Positions 10,601 to 23,400 of a DNA stretch of 64,000 nt are shown piece after piece. The translations under genes and the position numbers were made by a program. Under the pieces are notes generated by a model. The model saw nothing but the letters and a program-made list of their open reading frames with translations, was not told the DNA's origin and did not search any database. Source of the stretch: Eledone cirrhosa (lineage: Eukaryota). The number at the start of each line of letters is the position of its first letter. Position 1 is the stretch's first letter. The stretch is from the NCBI GenBank assembly GCA_964016885.1, contig OZ024744.1:1054001-1118000 (forward strand). The letters run 5' to 3'.

Positions 10601-13600
10601 CAAGGTAGAGAAAGATAGCTTGGTGAAGAACGAAGTTTTGAGGGAAGACAAGGTAGAGAAAGATAGCTTGATGAAGAACGAAGTTTTGAGGGAAGACAAG
10701 GTAGAGAAAGATAGCTTGGTGAAGAACGAAGTTTTGAGGGAAGACAAGGTAGAGAAAGATAGCTTGATGAAGAACGAAGTTTTGAGGGAAGACAAGGTAG
10801 AGAAAGATAGCTTGATGAAGTACGAAGTTTTGGGGGAAGACAAGGTAGAGAAAGATAGCTTGGTGAAGAACGAAGTTTTGAGGGAAGACAAGGTAGAGAA
10901 AGATAGCTTGATGAAGAACGAAGTTTTGAGGGAAGACAAGGTAGAGAAAGATAGCTTGGTGAAGAACGAAATTTTGAGGGAGGACAAAGTATAGAAAGAT
11001 AGCTTGGTGAAGAACGAAGTTTTGGGTGAAGACAATGTAGAGAAAGATAGCTTGATGAAGAACGAAGTTTTGGGGGAAGACAAGGTAGAGAAAGATAGCT
11101 TGGTGAAGAACGAAGTTTTGACGGAAGACAAGGTAGAGAAAGATAGCTTGGTGAAGAACGAAGTTTTGGGGGAAGACAAGGTAGAGAAAGATAGCTTGGT
11201 GAAGAACGAAGTTTTGAGGGAAGACAAGGTAGAGAAAGATAGCTTGGTGAAGAACGAAGTTTTGGGGGAAGACAAGGTAGAGAAAGATAGCTTGATGAAG
11301 TACGAAGTTTTGGGGGAAGACAAGGTAGAGAAAGATAGCTTGGTGAAGAACGACGTTTTGTGGGAAGACAAGGTAGAGAAACATAGTTGGTGAAGAACGA
11401 AGTTTTGAGGGAAGACAAGGTAGAGAAAGATAGCTTGGTGAAGGACGAAGTTTTGGGGGAAGTCAAGGTAGAGAAAGATAGCTTGGTGAAGAACGAAGTT
11501 TTGAGGGAAGACAAGGTAGAGAAAGATAGCTTGATGAAGAACGAAGTTTTGAGGGAAGACAAGGTAGAGAAAGATAGCTTGGTGAAGAACGAAGTTTTGG
11601 GGGAAGACAAGGTAGAGAAATATAGCTCGGTGAAGAACGAAGTTTTGAGGGAAGACAAGGTAGAGAAAGATAGCTTGGTGAAGGACGAAGTTTTGGGGGA
11701 AGTCAAGGTAGAGAAAGATAGCTTGGTGAAGAACGAAGTTTTGAGGGAAGACAAGGTAGAGAAAGATAGCTTGATGAAGAACGAAGTTTTGAGGGAAGAC
11801 AAGGTAGAGAAAGATAGCTTGGTGAAGAACGAAGTTTTGGGGGAAGACAAGGTAGAGAAAGATAGCTTGGTGAAGAACGAAGTTTTGAGGGAAGACAAGG
11901 TAGAGAAAGATAGCTTGATGAAGTACGAAGTTTTGGGGGAAGACAAGGTAGAGAAAGATTGCTTGGTGAAGAACGAAGTTTTGAGGGAAGACAAGGTAGA
12001 GAAAGATAGCTTGATGAAGAACGAAGTTTTGAGGGAAGACAAGGTAGAGAAAGATAGCTTGGTGAAGAACGAAGTTTTGAGGGAAGACAAGGTAGAGAAA
12101 GATAGCTTGATGAAGAACGAAGTTTTGAGGGAAGACAAGGTAGAGAAAGATAGCTTGATGAAGTACGAAGTTTTGGGGGAAGACAAGGTAGAGAAAGATA
12201 GCTTGGTGAAGAACGAAGTTTTGAGGGAAGACAAGGTAGAGAAAGATAGCTTGATGAAGAACGAAGTTTTGAGGGAAGACAAGGTAGAGAAAGATAGCTT
12301 GGTGAAGAACGAAATTTTGAGGGAGGACAAAGTATAGAAAGATAGCTTGGTGAAGAACGAAGTTTTGGGTGAAGACAATGTAGAGAAAGATAGCTTGATG
12401 AAGAACGAAGTTTTGGGGGAAGACAAGGTAGAGAAAGATAGCTTGGTGAAGAACGAAGTTTTGAGGGAAGACAAGGTAGAGAAAGATAGCTTGGTGAAGA
12501 ACGAAGTTTTGGGGGAAGACAAGGTAGAGAAAGATAGCTTGGTGAAGAACGAAGTTTTGAGGGAAGACAAGGTAGAGAAAGATAGCTTGGTGAAGAACGA
12601 AGTTTTGGGGGAAGACAAGGTAGAGAAAGATAGCTTGATGAAGTACGAAGTTTTGGGGGAAGACAAGGTAGAGAAAGATAGCTTGGTGAAGAACGACGTT
12701 TTGTGGGAAGACAAGGTAGAGAAAGATAGCTTGGTGAAGAACGAAGTTTTGAGGGAGGACAAAGTATAGAAAGATAGCTTGGTGAAGAACGAAGTTTTGG
12801 GTGAAGACAATGTAGAGAGAGATAGCTTGATGAAGAACGAAGTTTTGGGGGAAGACAAGGTAGAGAAAGATAGCTTGGTGAAGAACGAAGTTTTGAGGGA
12901 AGACAAGGTAGAGAAAGATAGCTTGGTGAAGAACGAAGTTTTGGGGGAAGACAAGGTAGAGAAAGATAGCTTGGTGAAGAACGAAGTTTTGAGGGAAGAC
13001 AAGGTAGAGAAAGATAGCTTGGTGAAGAACGAAGTTTTGGGGGAAGACAAGGTAGAGAAAGATAGCTTGGTGAAGAACGAAGTTTTGAGGGAAGACAAGG
13101 TAGAGAAAGATAGTTGGTGAAGAACGAAGTTTTGAGGGAAGACAAGGTAGAGAAAGATAGCTTGGTGAAGAACGACGTTTTGAGGGAAGACAAGGTAGAG
13201 AAAGATAGCTTGGTGAAGAACGACGTTTTGAGGGAAGACAAGGTAGAGAAAGATAGCTTGGTGAAGAACGAAGTTTTGGGGAAGACAAGGTAGAGAAAGA
13301 TAGCTTGATGAAGTACGAAGTTTTGGGGGAAGACAAGGTAGAGAAAGATAGCTTGGTGAAGAACGACGTTTTGTGGGAAGACAAGGTAGAGAAACATAGT
13401 TGGTGAAGAACGAAATTTTGAGGGAAGACAAGGTAGAGAAAGATAGCTTGGTGAAGAACGAAGTTTTGAGGGAAGACAAGGTAGAGAAAGATAGCTTGAT
13501 GAAGAACGAAGTTTTGAGGGAAGACAAGGTAGAGAAAGATAGCTTGGTGAAGAACGAAGTTTTGGGGGAAGACAAGGTAGAGAAATATAGCTCGGTGAAG

Positions 13601-14400
13601 AACGAAGTTTTGAGGGAAGACAAGGTAGAGAAAGATAGCTTGGTGAAGGACGAAGTTTTGGGGGAAGTCAAGGTAGAGAAAGATAGCTTGGTGAAGAACG
13701 AAGTTTTGAGGGAAGACAAGGTAGAGAAAGATAGCTTGATGAAGAACGAAGTTTTGAGGGAAGACAAGGTAGAGAAAGATAGCTTGGTGAAGAACGAAGT
13801 TTTGGGGGAAGACAAGGTAGAGAAAGATAGCTTGGTGAAGAACGAAGTTTTGAGGGAAGACAAGGTAGAGAAAGATAGCTTGATGAAGTACGAAGTTTTG
13901 GGGGAAGACAAGGTAGAGAAAGATAGCTTGGTGAAGAACGAAGTTTTGAGGGAAGACAAGGTAGAGAAAGATAGCTTGATGAAGAACGAAGTTTTGAGGG
14001 AAGACAAGGTAGAGAAAGATAGCTTGGTGAAGAACGAAGTTTTGAGGGAAGACAAGGTAGAGAAAGATAGCTTGATGAAGTACGAAGTTTTGGGGGAAGA
14101 CAAGGTAGAGAAAGATAGCTTGGTGAAGAACGAAGTTTTGAGGGAAGACAAGGTAGAGAAAGATAGCTTGATGAAGAACGAAGTTTTGAGGGAAGACAAG
14201 GTAGAGAAAGATAGCTTGGTGAAGAACGAAGTTTTGAGGGAAGACAAGGTAGAGAAAGATAGCTTGGTGAAGAACGAAGTTTTGGGGGAAGACAAGGTAG
14301 AGAAAGATAGCTTGGTGAAGAACGAAGTTTTGAGGGAAGACAAGGTAGAGAAAGATAGCTTGGTGAAGAACGAAGTTTTGGGGGAAGACAAGGTAGAGAA

Positions 14401-17400
14401 AGATAGCTTGGTGAAGAACGAAGTTTTGAGGGCAGACAAGGTAGAGAAAGATAGTTGGTGAAGAACGAAGTTTTGAGGGAAGACAAGGTAGAGAAAGATA
14501 GCTTGGTGAAGAACGAAGTTATGAGGGAAGACAAGGTAGAGAAAGATAGCTTGGTGAAGAACGAAGTTTTGGGGGAAGACAAGGTACAGAAAGATAGCTT
14601 GGTGAAGAACGAAGTTTTGAGGGAAGACAAGGTAGAGAAAGATAGCTTGGTGAAGAACGAAGTTTTGGGGGATGACAAAGTAGAGAAAGATAGCTTGGTG
14701 AAGAACGAAGTTTTGGGGGAAGACAAGGTAGAGAAAGATAGCTTGATGAAGTACGAAGTTTTGGGGGAAGACAAGGTAGAGAAAGATAGCTTGGTGAAGA
14801 ACGACGTTTTGTGGGAAGACAAGGTAGAGAAACATAGTTGGTGAAGAACGAAATTTTGAGGGAAGACAAGGTAGAGAAAGATAGATTGGTGAAGAACGAA
14901 GTTTTGAGGGAAGACAAGGTAGAGAAAGATAGCTTGATGAAGAACGAAGTTTTGAGGGAAGACAAGGTTGAGAAAGATAGCTTGATGAAGTACGAAGTTT
15001 TGGGGGTAGACAAGGTAGAGAAAGATAGCTTGGTGAAGAACGAAGTTTTGAGGGAAGACAAGGTAGAGAAAGATAGCTTGATGAAGAACGAAGTTTTGAG
15101 GGAAGACAAGGTAGAGAAAGATAGCTTGGTGAAGAACGGAGTTTTGAGGGAAGACAAAGTATAGAAAGATAGCTTGGTGAAGAACGAAGTTTTGGGGGAA
15201 GACAATGTAGAGAAAGATAGCTTGAAGAAGAACGAAGTTTTGGGGGAAGACAAGGTAGAGAAAGATAGCTTGGTGAAGAACGAAGTTTTGAGGGAAGACA
15301 AGGTAGAGAAAGATAGCTTGGTGAAGAACGAAGTTTTGGGGGAAGACAAGGTAGAGAAAGATAGCTTGGTGAAGAACGAAGTTTTGAGGGAAGACAAGGT
15401 AGAGAAAGATAGTTGGTGAAGAACGAAGTTTTGAGGGAAGACAAGGTAGAGAAAGATAGCTTGGTGAAGAACGAAGTTTTGAGGGAAGACAAGGTAGAGA
15501 AAGATAGCTTGGTGAAGAACGAAGTTTTGGGGGAAGACAAGGTAGAGAAATATAGCTCGGTGAAGAACGAAGTTTTGAGGGAAGACAAGGTAGAGAAAGA
15601 TAGCTTGGTGAAGGACGAAGTTTTGGGGGAAGTCAAGGTAGAGAAAGATAGCTTGGTGAAGAACGAAGTTTTGAGGGAAGACAAGGTAGAGAAAGATAGC
15701 TTGATGAAGAACGAAGTTTTGAGGGAAGACAAGGTAGAGAAAGATAGCTTGGTGAAGAACGAAGTTTTGGGGGAAGACAAGGTAGAGAAAGATAGCTTGG
15801 TGAAGAACGAAGTTTTGAGGGAAGACAAGGTAGAGAAAGATAGCTTGATGAAGTACGAAGTTTTGGGGGAAGACAAGGTAGAGAAAGATAGCTTGGTGAA
15901 GAACGAAGTTTTGAGGGAAGACAAGGTAGAGAAAGATAGCTTGATGAAGAACGAAGTTTTGAGGGAAGACAAGGTAGAGAAAGATAGCTTGGTGAAGAAC
16001 GAAGTTTTGAGGGAAGACAAGGTAGAGAAAGATAGCTTGATGAAGTACGAAGTTTTGGGGGAAGACAAGGTAGAGAAAGATAGCTTGGTGAAGAACGAAG
16101 TTTTGAGGGAAGACAAGGTAGAGAAAGATAGCTTGATGAAGAACGAAGTTTTGAGGGAAGACAAGGTAGAGAAAGATAGCTTGGTGAAGAACGAAGTTTT
16201 GAGGGAAGACAAGGTAGAGAAAGATAGCTTGGTGAAGAACGAAGTTTTGGGGGAAGACAAGGTAGAGAAAGATAGCTTGGTGAAGAACGAAGTTTTGAGG
16301 GAAGACAAGGTAGAGAAAGATAGCTTGGTGAAGAACGAAGTTTTGGGGGAAGACAAGGTAGAGAAAGATAGCTTGGTGAAGAACGAAGTTTTGAGGGCAG
16401 ACAAGGTAGAGAAAGATAGTTGGTGAAGAACGAAGTTTTGAGGGAAGACAAGGTAGAGAAAGATAGCTTGGTGAAGAACGAAGTTATGAGGGAAGACAAG
16501 GTAGAGAAAGATAGCTTGGTGAAGAACGAAGTTTTGGGGGAAGACAAGGTACAGAAAGATAGCTTGGTGAAGAACGAAGTTTTGAGGGAAGACAAGGTAG
16601 AGAAAGATAGCTTGGTGAAGTACGAAGTTTTGGGGGATGACAAAGTAGAGAAAGATAGCTTGGTGAAGAACGAAGTTTTGGGGGAAGACAAGGTAGAGAA
16701 ATATAGCTTGATGAAGTACGAATTTTTGGGGGAAGACAAGGTAGAGAAAGATAGCTTGGTGAAGAACGAAGTTTTGTGGGAAGACAAGGTAGAGAAAGAT
16801 AGCTTGGTGAAGAACGAAGTTTTGGGGGATGACAAAGTAGAGAAAGATAGCTTGGTGAAGAACGAAGATTTGGGGGAAGACAAGGTAGAGAAAGATAGCT
16901 TGATGAAGTACGAAGTTTTGGGGGAAGACAAGTTAGAGAAAGATAGCTTGGTGAAGAACGACGTTTTGTGGGAAGACAAGGTAGAGAAACATAGTTGGTG
17001 AAGAACGAAATTTTGAGGGAAGACAAGGTAGAGAAAGATAGATTGGTGAAGAACGAAGTTTTGAGGGAAGACAAGGTAGAGAAAGATAGCTTGATGAAGA
17101 ACGAAGTTTTGAGGGAAGACAAGGTTGAGAAAGATAGCTTGATGAAGTACGAAGTTTTGGGGGTAGACAAGGTAGAGAAAGATAGCTTGGTGAAGAACGA
17201 AGTTTTGAGGGAAGACAAGGTAGAGAAAGATAGCTTGATGAAGAACGAAGTTTTGAGGGAAGACAAGGTAGAGAAAGATAGCTTGGTGAAGAACGGAGTT
17301 TTGAGGGAAGACAAAGTATAGAAAGATAGCTTGGTGAAGAACGAAGTTTTGGGGGAAGACAATGTAGAGAAAGATAGCTTGAAGAAGAACGAAGTTTTGG

Positions 17401-20400
17401 GGGTAGACAAGATAGAGAAAGATAGCTTGGTGAAGAACGAAGTTTTGAGGGAAGACAAGGTAGAGAAAGATAGCTTGGTGAAGAACGAAGTTATGAGGGA
17501 AGACAAGGTAGAGAAAGATAGCTTGGTGAAGAACGAAGTTTTGGGGGAAGACAAGGTAGAGAAAGATAGCTTGGTGAAGAACGAAGTTTTGAGGGAAGAC
17601 AAGGTAGAGAAAGATAGCTTGGTGAAGAACGAAGTTTTGGGGGATGACAAAGTAGAGAAAGATAGCTTGGTGAAGAACGAAGTTTTGGGGGAAGACAAGG
17701 TAGAGAAAGATAGCTTGATGAAGAACGAAGTTTTGGGGGAAGACAAGTTAGAGAAAGATAGCTTGGTGAAGAACGAAGTTTTGAGGGAAGACAAGGTAGA
17801 GAAAGATAGCTTGGTGAAGAACGAAGTTTTGGGGGAAGACAAGGTAGAGAAAGATAGCTTGGTGAAGAACGAAGTTTTGAGGGAAGACAAGGTAGAGAAA
17901 GATAGCTTGGTGAAGAACGAAGTTATGAGGGAAGACAAGGTAGAGAAAGATAGTTGGTGAAGAACGAAGTTTTGAGGAAAGACAATGTAGAGAAAGATAG
18001 CTTGGTGAAGAACGACGTTTTGAGGGAAGACAAGGTAGAGAAAGATAGCTTGGTGAAGAATGAAGTTTTGGGGGAAGACAAGGTAGAGAAATATAGCTTG
18101 ATGAAGTACGAAGTTTTGGGGGAAGACAAGGTAGAGAAAGATAGCTTGGTGAAGAACGACGTTTTGTGGGAAGACAAGGTAGAGAAACATAGTTGGTGAA
18201 GAACGAAGTTTTGAGGGAAGACAAGGTAGAGAAAGATAGCTTGATGAAGAACGAAGTTTTGAGGGAAGACAAGGTAGAGAAAGATAGCTTGGTGAAGAAC
18301 GAAGTTTTGAGGGGAGACAAGGTAGAGAAAGATAGCTTGATGAAGAACGAAGTTTTGAGGGAAGACAAGGTAGAGAAAGATAGCTTGATGAAGTACGAAG
18401 TTTTGAGGGAAGACAAGGTAGAGAAAGATAGTTTGATGAAGTACGAAGTTTTGGGGGAAGACAAGGTAGAGAAAGATAGCTTGGTGAAGAAAGAAGTTTT
18501 GAGGGAAGACAAGGTAGAGAAAGATAGCTTGATGAAGAACGAAGTTTTGAGGGAAGACAAGGTAGAGAAAGATAGCTTGGTGAAAAACGAAGTTTTGAGG
18601 GAAGACAAAGTATAGAAAGATAGCTTGGTGAAGAACGAAGTTTTGGGGGAAGACAATGTAGAGAAAGATAGCTTGATGAAGAACGAAGTTTTGGGGGAAG
18701 ACAAGGTAGAGAAAGATAGCTTGGTGAAGAACGAAGTTTTGAGGGAAGACAAGGTAGAGAAAGATAGCTTGGTGAAGAACGAAGTTTTGGGGGAAGACAA
18801 GGTAGAGAAAGATAGCTTGGTGAAGAACGAAGTTTTGAGGGAAGACAAGGTAGAGAAAGATAGCTTGGTGAAGAACGAAGTTTTGAGGGAAGACAAGGTA
18901 GAGAAAGATAGCTTGATGAAGTACGAAGTTTTGGGGGAAGACAAGGTAGAGAAAGATAGCTTGGTGAAGAACGAAGTTTTGAGGGAAGACAAGGTAGAGA
19001 AAGATAGCTTGATGAAGAACGAAGTTTTGAGGGAAGACAAGGTAGAGAAAGATAGCTTGGTGAAGAACGAAGTTTTGAGGGAAGACAAGGTAGAGAAAGA
19101 TAGCTTGATGAAGTACGAAGTTTTGGGGGAAGACAAGGTAGAGAAAGATAGCTTGGTGAAGAACGAAGTTTTGAGGGAAGACAAGGTAGAGAAAGATAGC
19201 TTGATGAAGAACGAAGTTTTGAGGGAAGACAAGGTAGAGAAAGATAGCTTGGTGAAGAACGAAGTTTTGAGGGAAGACAAGGTAGAGAAAGATAGCTTGG
19301 TGAAGAACGAAGTTTTGGGGGAAGACAAGGTAGAGAAAGATAGCTTGGTGAAGAACGAAGTTTTGAGGGAAGACAAGGTAGAGAAAGATAGCTTGGTGAA
19401 GAACGAAGTTTTGGGGGAAGACAAGGTAGAGAAAGATAGCTTGGTGAAGAACGAAGTTTTGAGGGCAGACAAGGTAGAGAAAGATAGTTGGTGAAGAACG
19501 AAGTTTTGAGGGAAGACAAGGTAGAGAAAGATAGCTTGGTGAAGAACGAAGTTATGAGGGAAGACAAGGTAGAGAAAGATAGCTTGGTGAAGAACGAAGT
19601 TTTGGGGGAAGACAAGGTACAGAAAGATAGCTTGGTGAAGAACGAAGTTTTGAGGGAAGACAAGGTAGAGAAAGATAGCTTGGTGAAGAACGAAGTTTTG
19701 GGGGATGACAAAGTAGAGAAAGATAGCTTGGTGAAGAACGAAGTTTTGGGGGAAGACAAGGTAGAGAAAGATAGCTTGATGAAGTACGAAGTTTTGGGGG
19801 AAGACAAGGTAGAGAAAGATAGCTTGGTGAAGAACGACGTTTTGTGGGAAGACAAGGTAGAGAAACATAGTTGGTGAAGAACGAAATTTTGAGGGAAGAC
19901 AAGGTAGAGAAAGATAGATTGGTGAAGAACGAAGTTTTGAGGGAAGACAAGGTAGAGAAAGATAGCTTGATGAAGAACGAAGTTTTGAGGGAAGACAAGG
20001 TTGAGAAAGATAGCTTGATGAAGTACGAAGTTTTGGGGGTAGACAAGGTAGAGAAAGATAGCTTGGTGAAGAACGAAGTTTTGAGGGAAGACAAGGTAGA
20101 GAAAGATAGCTTGATGAAGAACGAAGTTTTGAGGGAAGACAAGGTAGAGAAAGATAGCTTGATGAAGTACGAAGTTTTGAGGGAAGGCAAGGTAGAGAAA
20201 GATAGCTTGATGAAGTACGAAGTTTTGGGGGAAGACAAGGTAGAGAAAGATAGCTTGGTGAAGAAAGAAGTTTTGAGGGAAGACAAGGTAGAGAAAGATA
20301 GCTTGATGAAGAACGAAGTTTTGAGGGAAGACAAGGTAGAGAAAGATAGCTTGGTGAAGAACGAAGTTTTGAGGGAAGACAAAGTATAGAAAGATAGCTT

Positions 20401-23400
20401 GGTGAAGAACGAAGTTTTGGGGGAAGACAATGTAGAGAAAGATAGCTTGATGAAGAACGAAGTTTTGGGGGAAGACAAGGTAGAGAAAGATAGCTTGGTG
20501 AAGAACGAAGTTTTGAGGGAAGACAAGGTAGAGAAAGATAGCTTGGTGAAGAACGAAGTTTTGGGGGAAGACAAGGTAGAGAAAGATAGCTTGGTGAAGA
20601 ACGAAGTTTTGAGGGAAGACAAGGTAGAGAAAGATAGCTTGGTGAAGAACGAAGTTTTGGGGGGAAGACAAGGTAGAGAAAGATAGCTTGGTGAAGAACG
20701 AAGTTTTGAGGGAAGACAAGGTAGAGAAAGATAGTTGGTGAAGAACGAAGTTTTGAGGGAAGACAAGGTAGAGAAAGATAGCTTGGTGAAGAACGACGGT
20801 TTGAGGGAAGACAAGGTAGAGAAAGATAGCTTGGTGAAGAACGAAGTTTTGGGGGAAGACAAGGTAGAGAAAGATAGCTTGATGAAGTACGAAGTTTTGG
20901 GGGAAGACAAGGTAGAGAAAGATAGCTTGGTGAAGAACGACGTTTTGTGGGAAGACAAGGTAGAGAAACATAGTTGGTGAAGAACGAAATTTTGAGGGAA
21001 GACAAGGTAGAGAAAGATAGATTGGTGAAGAACGAAGTTTTGAGGGAAGACAAGGTAGAGAAAGATAGCTTGATGAAGAACGATGTTTTGAGGGAAGACA
21101 AGGTTGAGAAAGATAGCTTGATGAAGTTCGAGGTTTTGGGGGTAGACAAGGTAGAGAAAGATAGCTTGGTGAAGAACGAAGTTTTGAGGGAAGACAAGGT
21201 AGAGAAAGATAGCTTGATGAAGAACGAAGTTTTGAGGGAAGACAAGGTAGAGAAAGATAGCTTGGTGAAGAACGGAGTTTTGAGGGAAGACAAAGTATAG
21301 AAAGATAGCTTGGTGAAGAACGAAGTTTTGGGGGAAGACAATGTAGAGAAAGATAGCTTGAAGAAGAACGAAGTTTTGGGGGAAGACAAGGTAGAGAAAG
21401 ATAGCTTGGTGAAGAACGAAGTTTTGAGGGAAGACAAGGTAGAGAAAGATAGCTTGGTGAAGAACGATGTTATGAGGGAAGACAAGGTAGAGAAAGATAG
21501 CTTGGTGAAGAACGAAGTTTTGGGGGAAGACAAGGTAGAGAAATATAGCTCGGTGAAGAACGAAGTTTTGAGGGAAGACAAGGTAGAGAAAGATAGCTTG
21601 GTGAAGGACGAAGTTTTGGGGGAAGTCAAGGTAGAGAAAGATAGCTTGGTGAAGAACGAAGTTTTGAGGGAAGACAAGGTAGAGAAAGATAGCTTGATGA
21701 AGAACGAAGTTTTGAGGGAAGACAAGGTAGAGAAAGATAGCTTGGTGAAGAACGAAGTTTTGGGGGAAGACAAGGTAGAGAAAGATAGCTTGGTGAAGAA
21801 CGAAGTTTTGAGGGAAGACAAGGTAGAGGAAGATAGCTTGATGAAGTACGAAGTTTTGGGGGAAGACAAGGTAGAGAAAGATAGCTTGGTGAAGAACGAA
21901 GTTTTGAGGGAAGACAAGGTAGAGAAAGATAGCTTGATGAAGTACGAAGTTTTGAGGGAAGACAAGGTAGAGAAAGATAGCTTGGTGAAGAACGAAGTTT
22001 TGAGGGAAGACAAGGTAGAGAAAGATAGCTTGATGAAGAACGAAGTTTTGAGGGAAGACAAGGTAGAGAAAGATAGCTTGATGAAGTACGAAGTTTTGGG
22101 GGAAGACAAGGTAGAGAAAGATAGCTTGGTGAAGAACGAAGTTTTGAGGGAAGACAAGGTAGAGAAAGATAGCTTGATGAAGAACGAAGTTTTGAGGGAA
22201 GACAAGGTAGAGAAAGATAGCTTGGTGAAGAACGAAATTTTGAGGGAGGACAAAGTATAGAAAGATAGCTTGGTGAAGAACGAAGTTTTGGGTGAAGACA
22301 ATGTAGAGAAAGATAGCTTGATGAAGAACGAAGTTTTGGGGGAAGACAAGGTAGAGAAAGATAGCTTGGTGAAGAACGAAGTTTTGACGGAAGACAAGGT
22401 AGAGAAAGATAGCTTGGTGAAGAACGAAGTTTTGGGGGAAGACAAGGTAGAGAAAGATAGCTTGGTGAAGAACGAAGTTTTGAGGGAAGACAAGGTAGAG
22501 AAAGATAGCTTGGTGAAGAACGAAGTTTTGAGGGAAGACAAGGTAGAGAAAGATAGCTTGATGAAGTACGAAGTTTTGGGGGAAGACAAGGTAGAGAAAG
22601 ATAGCTTGGTGAAGAACGAAGTTTTGAGGGAAGACAAGGTAGAGAAAGATAGCTTGATGAAGAACGAAGTTTTGAGGGAAGACAAGGTAGAGAAAGATAG
22701 CTTGGTGAAGAACGAAGTTTTGAGGGAGGACAAAGTATAGAAAGATAGCTTGGTGAAGAACGAAGTTTTGGGTGAAGACAATGTAGAGAGAGATAGCTTG
22801 ATGAAGAACGAAGTTTTGGGGGAAGACAAGGTAGAGAAAGATAGCTTGGTGAAGAACGAAGTTTTGAGGGAAGACAAGGTAGAGAAAGATAGCTTGGTGA
22901 AGAACGAAGTTTTGGGGGAAGACAAGGTAGAGAAAGATAGCTTGGTGAAGAACGAAGTTTTGAGGGAAGACAAGGTAGAGAAAGATAGCTTGGTGAAGAA
23001 CGAAGTTTTGGGGGAAGACAAGGTAGAGAAAGATAGCTTGGTGAAGAACGAAGTTTTGAGGGAAGACAAGGTAGAGAAAGATAGCTTGGTGAAGAACGAA
23101 GTTTTGGGGGAAGACAAGGTAGAGAAAGATAGCTTGGTGAAGAACGAAGTTTTGAGGGAAGACAAGGTAGAGAAAGATAGCTTGATGAAGAACGAAGTTT
23201 TGAGGGAAGACAAGGTAGAGAAAGATAGCTTGGTGAAGAACGAAGTTTTGAGGGAAGACAAGGTAGAGAAAGATAGCTTGGTGAAGAACGAAGTTTTGGG
23301 GGAAGACAAGGTAGAGAAAGATAGCTTGGTGAAGAACGAAGTTTTGAGGGAAGACAAGGTAGAGAAAGATAGCTTGGTGAAGAACGAAGTTTTGGGGGAA

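Larger units (their letters stand above)
1..14400 (+). repeat. Satellite haplotype domain A; HOR periods about 1,966-2,205 bp
   Basis: Diagnostic variants GAGGACAAAGTATAG, TTGGGTGAAGACAAT, AAATATAGCTCGG and AAGGACGAAGTTTTGGGGGAAGTC. Landmark offsets: 2757>4723, 6928>8894 and 8126>10092 = 1,966 (41x48-2); 6016>8126 = 2,110; 3811>6016 = 2,205. Confidence 0.85.
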
